Below are positions 9,228 through 18,057 of a stretch of DNA of 64,000 bases, piece after piece. How positions within the stretch are numbered: the stretch's first letter is position 1; every line of letters starts with the position of its first letter. Source of the stretch: an uncultured bacterium (lineage in GTDB: Bacteria > Bacillota > Clostridia > Oscillospirales > Acutalibacteraceae); NCBI GenBank assembly GCA_905215855.1, contig CAJMRT010000003.1:12597-76596 (forward strand), given 5' to 3'. The position numbers and the translations under genes are program-made. Below the pieces are notes generated by a model, which worked only from the letters and a program-made list of their open reading frames with translations, was not told the DNA's origin and made no database searches.

Positions 9228-9953
9228 TCAGTTGCCCCCCTTATCTATCTGGGTTCCCGACACAAGCTTTGCATACACGAAAAATCTTTTTGATGTGAGT
9301 CCTAATTCATCAAAGGGATAACAGGTGTACATTATCAGATTTTCGTAATCAGCAGAAAGGTCGTAGGCGCTGCTGTCGTTAGCACTTTTTACGGCTGTAT
9401 CGGTAATTTCATACACATAGTTACCATAGCTTGTCTTAATTTCAACCCTTTGACCAACCTGAGCATTTTTCAAACCGTTAAAATAGGTATTGTTATGACC
9501 TGCAACAAGAATTGTTCCTCCGTAACCGGGTACAAAACTGCCTGCGTAAATGCCTACGCCGTTTCTCAAAGCAACATCACCGTCGCCAAAGAACAGATTT
9601 GCATCAACATTGCAGTCGCTTATTATGAGTTCACCGAACAGATTGCCATAGTCTGGATACTGAACGGAATCTTTTTTTACATATGATTTTTCCTTACCGT
9701 CAGAATCTTTCTTGGTCACGGTAGGAACAGTTGCGTTTTCTGACACGGGCACAAAAATATTATCGTACTCTGTCGAATAATTCTTTTCATTATCCGAAAA
9801 GAACATACCCATAGCCGAAATTATCGGAGAAAATGACGGAATAAACGCCAAATACAGCACCAGATATGTTACCAGACAAAATATAATGGGAAGAATTATA
9901 AAACCCTTCCCATTCTTTGATCTATGACCGTGTCTGACTTTTTTATCAGACAT
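9228..9953 (-). CDS. Sortase-family transpeptidase (class B-like by size, ~240 aa, single N-terminal TM)
   Basis: N-terminal TM. Catalytic His in ILVAGHNNTYF, the TLxTC motif as LIMYTCYPF, and a downstream Arg (TSKRFF). Confidence 0.6.
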   Translation of the reverse strand: MSDKKVRHGHRSKNGKGFIILPIIFCLVTYLVLYLAFIPSFSPIISAMGMFFSDNEKNYSTEYDNIFVPVSENATVPTVTKKDSDGKEKSYVKKDSVQYPDYGNLFGELIISDCNVDANLFFGDGDVALRNGVGIYAGSFVPGYGGTILVAGHNNTYFNGLKNAQVGQRVEIKTSYGNYVYEITDTAVKSANDSSAYDLSADYENLIMYTCYPFDELGLTSKRFFVYAKLVSGTQIDKGGN

Positions 9954-9958
9954 TTAAA

Positions 9959-10549
9959 TCAAGCTCTTTCTTTCTTAGTTTTTACAAGGTAGAAAGCTCC
10001 GCCTGCTACCATAATGAGTGCTACTGCAGAAACTGCTGCAACGCCGCTGAAATCAGCTGCAACACCTGTTGTCTTGATTGTGCTGCCGTCTTTAACCTGT
10101 CCAACCTTTGAAAGAGTAGGAACAGCTGAAAATGCAACCTTGCCGTTTGCGTCATAAATTGTAAGAGTCTTTGTTGATGTGTCATATGACATTGTCATAC
10201 CAAGAACACCTACGCCCTCCTTGCCGTAAGCAAGAAGTGTCTGCTTCTGAGCAAATGTGAGATCTGCGATGCTAGATGCGCCTGAGTTTTCAAGGAAGCT
10301 CTCGCCCTTCTTGAGTACAGCGATAATCTGTGATGACTCATCTGCTGTCATGTCAATTGTGTTAAAGTAGTTCTCAGCCTGGTTTACAAACTCGCTCGGA
10401 ATAACCATCTCTGAGCCATTCATCTTAACAGATGTTTTGAGTTCGTCAAGAACAGCCTGCTCACTGTCATTGATGCCTGCTGCAAAAGCAGTAAAGGCTG
10501 TTGCTGCAACAAGGATGAGTGCTACTAACATTGCTGATAATTTTTTCAT
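9959..10549 (-). CDS. Secreted small protein with a cell-wall-sorting-signal-like C-terminus. Candidate substrate of the adjacent sortase.
   Basis: Signal peptide MKKLSAMLVALILVAATAFTAFA. C-terminus ...STIKTTGVAADFSGVAAVSAVALIMVAGGAFYLVKTKKERA is a (non-canonical KTTG) motif, hydrophobic stretch and basic tail. Confidence 0.45.
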   Translation of the reverse strand: MKKLSAMLVALILVAATAFTAFAAGINDSEQAVLDELKTSVKMNGSEMVIPSEFVNQAENYFNTIDMTADESSQIIAVLKKGESFLENSGASSIADLTFAQKQTLLAYGKEGVGVLGMTMSYDTSTKTLTIYDANGKVAFSAVPTLSKVGQVKDGSTIKTTGVAADFSGVAAVSAVALIMVAGGAFYLVKTKKERA

Positions 10550-11220
10550 AGTTCATACCACCTTGTATTTTATTTTGTTTTCATCAGCAAGAAGCTTCAC
10601 GGATTCATTGGCATAATACGCATCTGCAAGCCGAAAACTGCAGGGAGCACAATGGAAAACTTCACCATTTAACTTCTTTGTACAGTATTATACACCACAT
10701 TTCGCATTTTGTAAAGCATTTCATTATAAATATTTGTTATATTCGGAAAAATTACAATCCTTTTGTCAAATCAGGTATTTTCATTGTGCATTATGCCGTT
10801 CCGAATCAATTAAGTACTGTGTCACACCGTGTCGGTTTCGTCTGGACTTTGTATTTTTATCCGTCTTTGCACATCATTTTTGCATAAAATATACATACTG
10901 GTTTGTAAATTACTCTTTGAACAAATATCCGTGCAGCGGCTCTGCCTGCATATTATTACAGTAATTGCTTTCTTATCATGACATATTGTGACATACTAGT
11001 ATATGAGTAGAAATTTTATCGGTTATTTACCTTATTTTTGTTTATTTTTTTCGCAAATTTTGCCTGAGCTTTATTTCAGCTCGTTATTTATGTACTTATC
11101 GGCTAACTGTAACAAAATAATCATATATTTTATGTATGTTTTGTACACATAAAAAATCAGAGTAATTGCATATTCTGCAAAAAAAGACATCTTTTTTCTT
11201 TATTGAAACCTTTGTTCATA

Positions 11221-11249
11221 TTGATTTTTTTACTGATTTAAAATATAAT
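11221..11249 (+). promoter_or_regulatory. Sigma-A promoter (TTGATT-17-TATAAT) for the capsule/EPS operon
   Basis: -35 ttgatt at 11221-11226, 17-nt spacer, -10 tataat at 11244-11249. Followed by RBS aggagtg and ATG 11259. Confidence 0.5.
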
Positions 11250-11258
11250 AGGAGTGTC

Positions 11259-11366
11259 ATGTTTAAAAGTATTTTGTGCTTTTGTGCCGTTTTTTGCCTG
11301 CAGTACTTTTGTGTTGACTGTGGCATTATCTCGTCATATGCGTACAAAAGCCGAGAAGAGGAGTAA
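11259..11366 (+). CDS. Small Cys-rich ORF (35 aa, MFKSILCFCAVFCLQYFCVDCGIISSYAYKSREEE) directly upstream of the CPS operon. Possibly a leader peptide or small membrane protein.
   Basis: Strong RBS and promoter. Five Cys in a hydrophobic 25-aa stretch. The stop is 4 nt before the wzz start. Confidence 0.3.
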   Translation: MFKSILCFCAVFCLQYFCVDCGIISSYAYKSREEE

Positions 11367-11370
11367 TTTA

Positions 11371-12093
11371 ATGGAGATAACATTCAAGGACATAACGAGA
11401 ATAATAAAGAAAAACTTGGCTTTTATTGCAGTGCTTTCTCTTTTGTGCGCTACAGTATCTTTCTTTATTACAACCTTTTTTATTCCGAAAACCTACACCT
11501 CAAGTGTAAAGCTATATGTTGAAACCAACTACAAGAGCCAGTCGGCATACGAGGATTACCAGAGTGTAAACTATGCAAAGAATCTTGTGCTTACATATAT
11601 TGAGCTTCTTGATTCAAACTCATTCTACAATCAGATTTCCGAAGCGCTCAACGAAAAGTACACAGCGTCACAGCTTAAATCTATGATTAAGTTTGAGAGC
11701 ATTGAAGATACCGAGGTATTTAAGGCTCTTGTAAATTCGAGCAGTCCTACCGAATCAAAAAGAATAGGCGACGCAATTGCGAAGATTGCACCAAAGACGA
11801 TTGCAAATGTAAAGGACAACGCAAAGCTTAAAATTGTTGACAAGGCAACTCTTCCAAAAGCTCCTGCTTCACCGAGTGTATCCAAAAATGTGATTATCGC
11901 ATTTGCGGCAGGTCTTATCATTGCTTTGATTATTTCATTCGTCCGTGACTTCCTTGATGTCAAAATCAAGTACAACGAAGAGATGACAACCGTTCTTGAC
12001 CTTCCGCTGCTTGCCGCTATTCCCGACTTTGAATATTTTTCGAATCAAAAGGCAGCCGAAAAGAAGTACGGCAACTATGAATCGGGTTATTAA
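11371..12093 (+). CDS. cpsC: Polysaccharide chain-length determinant (Wzz/CpsC/YveK family)
   Basis: N-terminal TM, periplasmic-type domain, second TM near the C-terminus (NVIIAFAAGLIIALIISFV). RBS gaagaggag. It sits next to the BY-kinase gene. Confidence 0.8.
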   Translation: MEITFKDITRIIKKNLAFIAVLSLLCATVSFFITTFFIPKTYTSSVKLYVETNYKSQSAYEDYQSVNYAKNLVLTYIELLDSNSFYNQISEALNEKYTASQLKSMIKFESIEDTEVFKALVNSSSPTESKRIGDAIAKIAPKTIANVKDNAKLKIVDKATLPKAPASPSVSKNVIIAFAAGLIIALIISFVRDFLDVKIKYNEEMTTVLDLPLLAAIPDFEYFSNQKAAEKKYGNYESGY

Positions 12094-12114
12094 TGTTAAA
12101 GGAGTGAAGCTGCA

Positions 12115-12828
12115 ATGAAAAAGACTAAAATCGACCGTTCAATCGACACCGAGGCACTCGGCTTTCAGGTTCGTGAATCATACAAAACAGCCAGAACAAA
12201 CATCGCATACTCAATCTTTAAAAAGGGCTGCAAAAAGGTAGCGTTTACCTCGTCAACAAAGGGCGAGGGCAAAACGGTAACATCAATCAATGTTGCGTCT
12301 GCGCTTGCTCAGCAGGTTGGCACAAAGGTTATCGTTGTTGAATGTGACCTTCGCCGTCCGAGAGTCAACACCGCACTCAAAATCTCACCTACCCCCGGCA
12401 TTACAAATTACCTTAACGAGGAATGTTCTCTTAAAGAGGTCACCAAGGATACAAAGATTGAAAACCTCAAAGCTATTACCTACGGAGCTATTCCGCCAAA
12501 CCCGTCGGAGCTTCTTGCAAGTGAAGCTATGGCAGAGCTTATAAAAACCCTTGAAAAGGATTATGACTATATTATTTTTGACACACCGCCAATCGGCGTT
12601 GTTATTGACGCTCTCCCCATTATGAAGGCATCTGACGGTGTTGTTATTGTTGCAAGAAACAATTCAACGACATACCCCGAGCTTGAAAGGACGGTTGAGG
12701 TTATTAAAAGAACCAACGCAAAAATTCTCGGTGTTATTCTTAACCGTGTAAAGCCTCACGAAACCCGCAAGGGCAAGGGCTACTACTCAAGATACGGCGG
12801 ATATTACAAAACAAAAACAAAAGACTGA
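12115..12828 (+). CDS. cpsD: Tyrosine-protein kinase (BY-kinase, CpsD/CapB/YveL family)
   Basis: Walker A TSSTKGEGKT. Walker A' and Walker B (IIFDTPP). C-terminal Tyr-rich tail KGYYSRYGGYYKTK. Confidence 0.85.
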   Translation: MKKTKIDRSIDTEALGFQVRESYKTARTNIAYSIFKKGCKKVAFTSSTKGEGKTVTSINVASALAQQVGTKVIVVECDLRRPRVNTALKISPTPGITNYLNEECSLKEVTKDTKIENLKAITYGAIPPNPSELLASEAMAELIKTLEKDYDYIIFDTPPIGVVIDALPIMKASDGVVIVARNNSTTYPELERTVEVIKRTNAKILGVILNRVKPHETRKGKGYYSRYGGYYKTKTKD

Positions 12829-12886
12829 TAACAAGCCGCCTGCGTAAGCATAAACTAACAGGCTCGTCCTGTCCACGGAGGGGAAA

Positions 12887-13561
12887 ATGGAATCCGCAAA
12901 AAGCAAAAGTATAAATAAAAGTGCGTCACCAAGTGGACACGCAATTAAAAAAAAGCCTGTTTATGATTTTTTCAAACGGATTTTTGACATTGTATGTTCA
13001 CTCATCGCTTTAATAATCCTTTCACCTGTATTTCTCATTATGGCAATTCTTGTTAAAACAACAAGCGAGGGTCCTGCATTCTTTGCACACAAGCGTGTCG
13101 GAAAGAACGGCAAGGAAATTAAAATCTACAAATTCAGAAGTATGGTGACAAATGCCGAGGAACTTATCAAACAGTTCACCCCTGAACAAAAGGCTGAATA
13201 CGAAAAGAACTTCAAACTTGAAAATGACCCGAGAATCACAAAAGTTGGAAAATTTATGAGAAAAACAAGTCTTGATGAGTTGCCGCAGCTTTTGAACATT
13301 CTTAAAGGTGACATTTCAATCGTCGGTCCAAGACCCGTTACGGAGGTTGAAACCGAAATTTACGGCAACTACCGTGATATGCTTTTGAGCGTAAAACCCG
13401 GTCTTACAGGTTTTTGGGCAGCAAACGGCAGAAGTGACACTACATACACACGCAGAAGAGCAATGGAAATTTACTATGTAAAGAACCGCTCTTTGTGGCT
13501 CGACATTAAAATTATTTTCAAAACTTTCGCCTCTGTATTCAAGGGCGAAGGTGCAGTTTAA
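12887..13561 (+). CDS. Initiating undecaprenyl-phosphate sugar-1-phosphate transferase (small 'bacterial sugar transferase' family, PglC/WcaJ C-domain type)
   Basis: Single TM followed by the conserved KRVGKNGKEIKIYKFRSM ... LPQLLNILKGDISIVGPRP motifs. Confidence 0.85.
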   Translation: MESAKSKSINKSASPSGHAIKKKPVYDFFKRIFDIVCSLIALIILSPVFLIMAILVKTTSEGPAFFAHKRVGKNGKEIKIYKFRSMVTNAEELIKQFTPEQKAEYEKNFKLENDPRITKVGKFMRKTSLDELPQLLNILKGDISIVGPRPVTEVETEIYGNYRDMLLSVKPGLTGFWAANGRSDTTYTRRRAMEIYYVKNRSLWLDIKIIFKTFASVFKGEGAV

Positions 13562-13573
13562 GGAGGTACTGTG

Positions 13574-14353
13574 ATGAAAGCTGTTATACTTGCAGGTGGT
13601 TTTGGAACGAGAATTTCCGAGGAATCACAGTTTAAACCGAAGCCTATGGTTGAAATAGGCGGAATGCCGATTATGTGGCACATTATGAAGCTTTATTCCC
13701 ACTACGGAATTAACGAATTTGTTATATGTGCAGGCTACAAACAGCATGTAATCAAGGAATGGTTTGCCGACTACTTCCTTCACACCTCCGACATCACCTT
13801 TGATTTTACACAGGATGACAAGATAATCGTTCACAACAAGAGAGCGGAACAGTGGAAAGTTACTGTTGTTGATACAGGACTTCACACAATGACAGGCGGC
13901 AGACTCAAAAGAGTTCGTGAGTTCATCGGTGACGAACCGTTCTTTATGACCTACGGTGACGGTGTTTCCGATGTTGATATAAACGCTCTGCTCGAATTTC
14001 ACAAGAAGAACGGAAAGCTTGCCACTATGTCTGCGGTAAAGCCTGACAGCCGTTTCGGCGTGCTTGATTTATCCGAGAACAGCGAAGTCAAGGCATTTCG
14101 TGAAAAGAGTGCCGTTGATTCAGGCTGGATTAACGCAGGCTTTATGGTGCTTGAACCGAAAGTGCTTGACTATGTCAAGGATGATACAATAATGTTTGAG
14201 CGTGAACCGATGGAACAGCTTGCAAGCGAGGGTCAGCTTATGTGCTACAAGCACAACGGCTTCTGGCAGTGTATGGACACATTGCGTGACAAAGAAAGAC
14301 TCGAAAAGCTATGGACTGAAAATAAAGCTCCGTGGAAAGTGTGGGAAGATTGA
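13574..14353 (+). CDS. rfbF: Glucose-1-phosphate cytidylyltransferase
   Basis: MKAVILAGGFGTRISEESQFKPKPMVEIGGMPIMWHIMKLY is the hallmark N-terminus of DdhA/RfbF. The ATG at 13574 is preferred over the GTG at 13571. Confidence 0.85.
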   Translation: MKAVILAGGFGTRISEESQFKPKPMVEIGGMPIMWHIMKLYSHYGINEFVICAGYKQHVIKEWFADYFLHTSDITFDFTQDDKIIVHNKRAEQWKVTVVDTGLHTMTGGRLKRVREFIGDEPFFMTYGDGVSDVDINALLEFHKKNGKLATMSAVKPDSRFGVLDLSENSEVKAFREKSAVDSGWINAGFMVLEPKVLDYVKDDTIMFEREPMEQLASEGQLMCYKHNGFWQCMDTLRDKERLEKLWTENKAPWKVWED

Positions 14354-15405
14354 TGCTTGACTTCTATAAAGGCAAAAAGGTGTTTGTAACAGGACACACA
14401 GGTTTCAAAGGCAGTTGGCTCTGCAAAATTCTCGCAAATGCAGGTGCAGAGGTTACCGGCTATTCGCTTAAACCGCCCACAAATCCAAACCTTTTTGAAA
14501 TTGCAAATATTAAAAATGACATAAATTCCGTAATCGGAGATATAAGAAATTGCGATTCACTTAAAAAGGCATTTGATGAGGCACAGCCTGAGATTGTACT
14601 TCATCTTGCCGCACAGCCGATTGTGCGTGACAGCTACAAAATGCCTGCATATACATATGAAACAAATGTTATGGGAACGGTCAACATTCTTGAATGTGTA
14701 AGACAGACTGACTGCGTAAAATCGTTCCTTAATGTCACAACCGACAAGGTTTATGAAAACAAGGAATGGCAGTGGGGTTACCGTGAAAACGAACCTCTTG
14801 ACGGCTTTGACCCATACTCAAACAGCAAAAGCTGTTCCGAGCTTGTGACACACAGCTACAAAAATTCATTTTTTGCAGACGGCAGAACAGCCATTTCCAC
14901 AGCAAGAGCGGGTAATGTTATCGGCGGCGGTGATTTTGCAAATGACCGAATTATTCCCGACTGCGTTCGTGCCTTGGAAAAGGGCGAGGATATTATCGTA
15001 AGAAATCCTTTCTCAACAAGACCGTATCAGCATGTGCTTGAACCGCTTTTTGCGTATCTTATGATTGCAAAGGCTCAGTATGAAGATATTAATTTTGCCG
15101 ACTACTACAATGTAGGTCCCGATGAATGTGACTGCGTAACAACAGGAGAGCTTGTTGACTTGTTCGTAAAGTACGCGGGAAACATAAAGTGGATCAATAA
15201 GAGCGAGAAAAATGCCGTGCATGAGGCAAACTTCCTCAAACTTGATTGTTCAAAACTCAAGTCTGTTTTTGGTTGGACACCGCATTGGCATGTTGACAAG
15301 GCTGTTGAAAAAACAGTTGAATGGTCACGCTGTTATATGAACGGCGACGATGTTCGCAGTTGTATGGACGAACAGATAAATGATTTTCTTAAAAGCAGAA
15401 TTTAA
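14353..15405 (+). CDS. rfbG: CDP-glucose 4,6-dehydratase
   Basis: FYKGKKVFVTGHTGFKGSWL plus a YxxxK SDR active site. The start overlaps the rfbF stop (TGATG), which suggests translational coupling. Confidence 0.8.
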   Translation: MLDFYKGKKVFVTGHTGFKGSWLCKILANAGAEVTGYSLKPPTNPNLFEIANIKNDINSVIGDIRNCDSLKKAFDEAQPEIVLHLAAQPIVRDSYKMPAYTYETNVMGTVNILECVRQTDCVKSFLNVTTDKVYENKEWQWGYRENEPLDGFDPYSNSKSCSELVTHSYKNSFFADGRTAISTARAGNVIGGGDFANDRIIPDCVRALEKGEDIIVRNPFSTRPYQHVLEPLFAYLMIAKAQYEDINFADYYNVGPDECDCVTTGELVDLFVKYAGNIKWINKSEKNAVHEANFLKLDCSKLKSVFGWTPHWHVDKAVEKTVEWSRCYMNGDDVRSCMDEQINDFLKSRI

Positions 15406-15438
15406 GTTTACAACGAATGATATAAAAGAGGTTAATCT

Positions 15439-16359
15439 ATGAAAAAAGCAATTGTAACAGGAGCAAACGGTTTTGTCGGTTCAAATGTCTGCAAAAAACT
15501 TTGTGCTGACGGTGTAAAGGTTTTTGCCGTTGTAAAGGATGAAAACGAAAAAATCGAAAATATCAAAGACCTTAACGGCATTGAAATCGTGTATTGCGAG
15601 CTTGATGAGATTGAAACCTTGGCTGAAAAAATTTCCGACAGAGATGTCGATGTTTTCTACCATTTTGCATGGGTAGGCTCAGCCGGTCCGCTCAGATGCG
15701 ATGAAAACATTCAGCTTCAGAATGCACTCTGGACAGCAAGAACACTCAGAACAGCAGACAAAATGCAGTGCAAAAAGTTTGTCAATGCGGGTTCTATTAT
15801 GGAAAAGGAAACCTACACTGCTGTTTACACTCAGGAAAGCAAACCGGGTTTGCCCTACATTTACGGTGCGGGCAAGCTTATTGCAAGAGCAATCTGCAAA
15901 CCTATTGCAAACAGCCTTTCAATTGACCTTTGTTGGGCAGTTATTACAAACGCTTACGGTGCAGGCGAGGTATCACCTCGTTTTGTAAACTCAACAATCC
16001 GCAAGATTATTGCAGGCGAACCGCTACAGTTTACCGCTGCAACACAAAACTATGACTTCATCTACATTGATGATGTTGCAAAAGCATTTGAGGCTATCGG
16101 AGAATACGGTATAGCAAACAAGGAATACACTATCGGCAGCGGTAATGCAAGACCGCTCAAGGAATTTATCCTTGAAATGCAGCAGGAGCTTGCCCCCGAA
16201 GCAAAGCCGATTTTCGGCGATGTTCCTTTTACGGGAGTAAATATGCCGCTTGAGGCTTTTGATACAACAGATATTGAAACAGATTGTCATTTCAAACCCG
16301 AAATTTCATTTGCAAAGGGTGCAAGAATGACTATGGACTGGATTAAATCAGTTGACTAA
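15439..16359 (+). CDS. NAD(P)-dependent sugar-nucleotide epimerase/reductase (extended SDR). Likely the 4-ketoreductase of the CDP-6-deoxyhexose pathway.
   Basis: GANGFVGSNVCKKL Rossmann motif, ~300 aa. Position between ddhB and the RmlC-like gene. Confidence 0.6.
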   Translation: MKKAIVTGANGFVGSNVCKKLCADGVKVFAVVKDENEKIENIKDLNGIEIVYCELDEIETLAEKISDRDVDVFYHFAWVGSAGPLRCDENIQLQNALWTARTLRTADKMQCKKFVNAGSIMEKETYTAVYTQESKPGLPYIYGAGKLIARAICKPIANSLSIDLCWAVITNAYGAGEVSPRFVNSTIRKIIAGEPLQFTAATQNYDFIYIDDVAKAFEAIGEYGIANKEYTIGSGNARPLKEFILEMQQELAPEAKPIFGDVPFTGVNMPLEAFDTTDIETDCHFKPEISFAKGARMTMDWIKSVD

Positions 16360-16447
16360 GACAACACAAAGGGCGAAATGTAACTTTCGCCCTTTCTATG
16401 TGTAAGGGTATTGCTTACATATAAAGATTTTTAAAGGAGAGAGAACG

Positions 16448-17020
16448 ATGATTCAGAAGTTTGAATTTTGCAACACAGATTTTGAAGGCGCATATCTTAT
16501 CAAGCCGTTTTGTGCAACAGATGTAAGAGGTGCATTTATAAAGGATTATTCCAAGGAAGTTTTCGAGGCAAACGGTCTTAAACATGACCTTGCGGAGGTT
16601 TTCTACACTGTATCACACAAGGGTGTAATCCGAGCACTTCACTTTCAGAGAGTTCACGAGCAGGCAAAGCTTGTAAGATGTATCAAGGGCAAAGTTTTTG
16701 ATGTTATCGTTGACCTCCGCCCCGAATCACCGACATTCAAAAAGTGGCAGGGCTTTTACCTTTCAGAGGAAAATATGAACGAACTCTATGTTCCCGAGCA
16801 TTTTGCACACGGCTATCTCGTTCTTGAACCGTCAGTTGTTTCATACAAATGCGGCGAAAAATTCTACGGTGAATATGACGACGGCATTATGTATAACGAC
16901 CCCGATTTTGGCGTTGAATGGCCGTTTGATGAAATCGGCGGAGAAGAAAACCTTATTCTCGCCGACAAGGACAAAAATCTTCAGACATTCAAGGAGTTTG
17001 AAGAAAAGTATCTTAAATAA
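16448..17020 (+). CDS. RmlC-like cupin sugar-nucleotide 3,5- (or 5-/3-) epimerase
   Basis: ~190 aa with the RmlC-family pattern (FIKDYS..., ALHFQR, HFAHGYLVLE). Confidence 0.7.
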   Translation: MIQKFEFCNTDFEGAYLIKPFCATDVRGAFIKDYSKEVFEANGLKHDLAEVFYTVSHKGVIRALHFQRVHEQAKLVRCIKGKVFDVIVDLRPESPTFKKWQGFYLSEENMNELYVPEHFAHGYLVLEPSVVSYKCGEKFYGEYDDGIMYNDPDFGVEWPFDEIGGEENLILADKDKNLQTFKEFEEKYLK

Positions 17021-17047
17021 TCAAAAATTCACCTACGGAGGGTCACA

Positions 17048-18055
17048 ATGAATGTAGTATATTCAAGCTCTGACAGCTATGCACCTATTGCGGGTGTGTC
17101 AATAATGTCGCTCCTGCACAACAACACAGATGCCGATGAAATAAATATTTATATGATTGACAACAGCATTTCCGATGAGAATAAAAAAAGATTTCAAAAT
17201 ATGACTGAAAAGTTCGGCAGAAAAATCGCCTTTATCCCTCAGCCTGACCTTAACAAGGCGGCAGGGGTTGATATAGAGGTTGGCAGATGGAATATCAGCA
17301 CATTTTTCAGACTTTTCCTATGCACAATTCTTCCCGATGACCTTGACCGCTGTATATATCTTGATTGTGACACGGTTGTCCGTCATTCTTTAAAGGATTT
17401 CTGGGAAACCGACCTCGGCGACAAAGTTGTTGCCGCAGTTGACGACTGCCGCAGTGACCGTTATAAAACCGAACTGAATCTTCCGTGCGACAGCACTTAT
17501 ACAAATAACGGTGTTTTGCTGATTGACCTTAAAAGCTGGAGAGAAATGAATGTTGAAAAGGATTTTCTCGACTTCATTATTGCACACAACGGCGACATCA
17601 CCTATGTTGATCAGGGCGTTCTCAACGGTGTGCTTGCCCAAAAGAACCTTGTAAAGGTTGTTCACACTAAGTATGATGCAATGACAGTTTTCTTTGATTT
17701 TAATTTCAAAGACCTTATGAAGGTGCGCCGTCCGGAACATCACCTCAGCGAACAGGAATATATTGAGGCTGTAACAGACCCGTATATCATTCACTACACT
17801 TCATGTTTCCTCTCGGGCACACGCCCATGGAATGAAAACAACAATCACCCGTTTGTGGGCGATTATCTTAAATATAAGGCTATGTCACCATGGAAAGATT
17901 TTCCGCAGTATCCCGATGACAGAAAGAAATCCAAAAAACTTATGACAAGTGTGTGCAATGCAATGCCAAAAGGTATGATGATTGCAGGTATTTCACTTGT
18001 ACACTCAAAGCTGTACCCAATGGTACGCTCACTTAAAGGAAAAAGGCAGGGCTAA
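17048..18055 (+). CDS. Glycosyltransferase family 8 (RfaJ/GspA-like retaining glycosyltransferase)
   Basis: N-terminal NVVYSSSDSYAPIAGVSIMSL, the DxD motif in IYLDCDTVV, and a HxxxxK-type C-terminal region. Confidence 0.75.
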   Translation: MNVVYSSSDSYAPIAGVSIMSLLHNNTDADEINIYMIDNSISDENKKRFQNMTEKFGRKIAFIPQPDLNKAAGVDIEVGRWNISTFFRLFLCTILPDDLDRCIYLDCDTVVRHSLKDFWETDLGDKVVAAVDDCRSDRYKTELNLPCDSTYTNNGVLLIDLKSWREMNVEKDFLDFIIAHNGDITYVDQGVLNGVLAQKNLVKVVHTKYDAMTVFFDFNFKDLMKVRRPEHHLSEQEYIEAVTDPYIIHYTSCFLSGTRPWNENNNHPFVGDYLKYKAMSPWKDFPQYPDDRKKSKKLMTSVCNAMPKGMMIAGISLVHSKLYPMVRSLKGKRQG

Positions 18056-18057
18056 CA

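Noticed and set aside
9959-10549. Calling the small secreted protein a canonical LPxTG substrate
   Set aside because: No LPxTG, NPxTG or SPxTG motif is present. Only a KTTG tetrapeptide precedes the hydrophobic segment and basic tail, so it is reported only as a candidate non-canonical substrate.
13574-17020. 3,6-dideoxyhexose (abequose/paratose/tyvelose-type) synthesis
   Set aside because: ddhA and ddhB are present, but no PLP/PMP E1 (RfbH/DdhC, DegT-fold) or E3 reductase is encoded. The adjacent RmlC-like epimerase and SDR reductase instead predict a 6-deoxyhexose.
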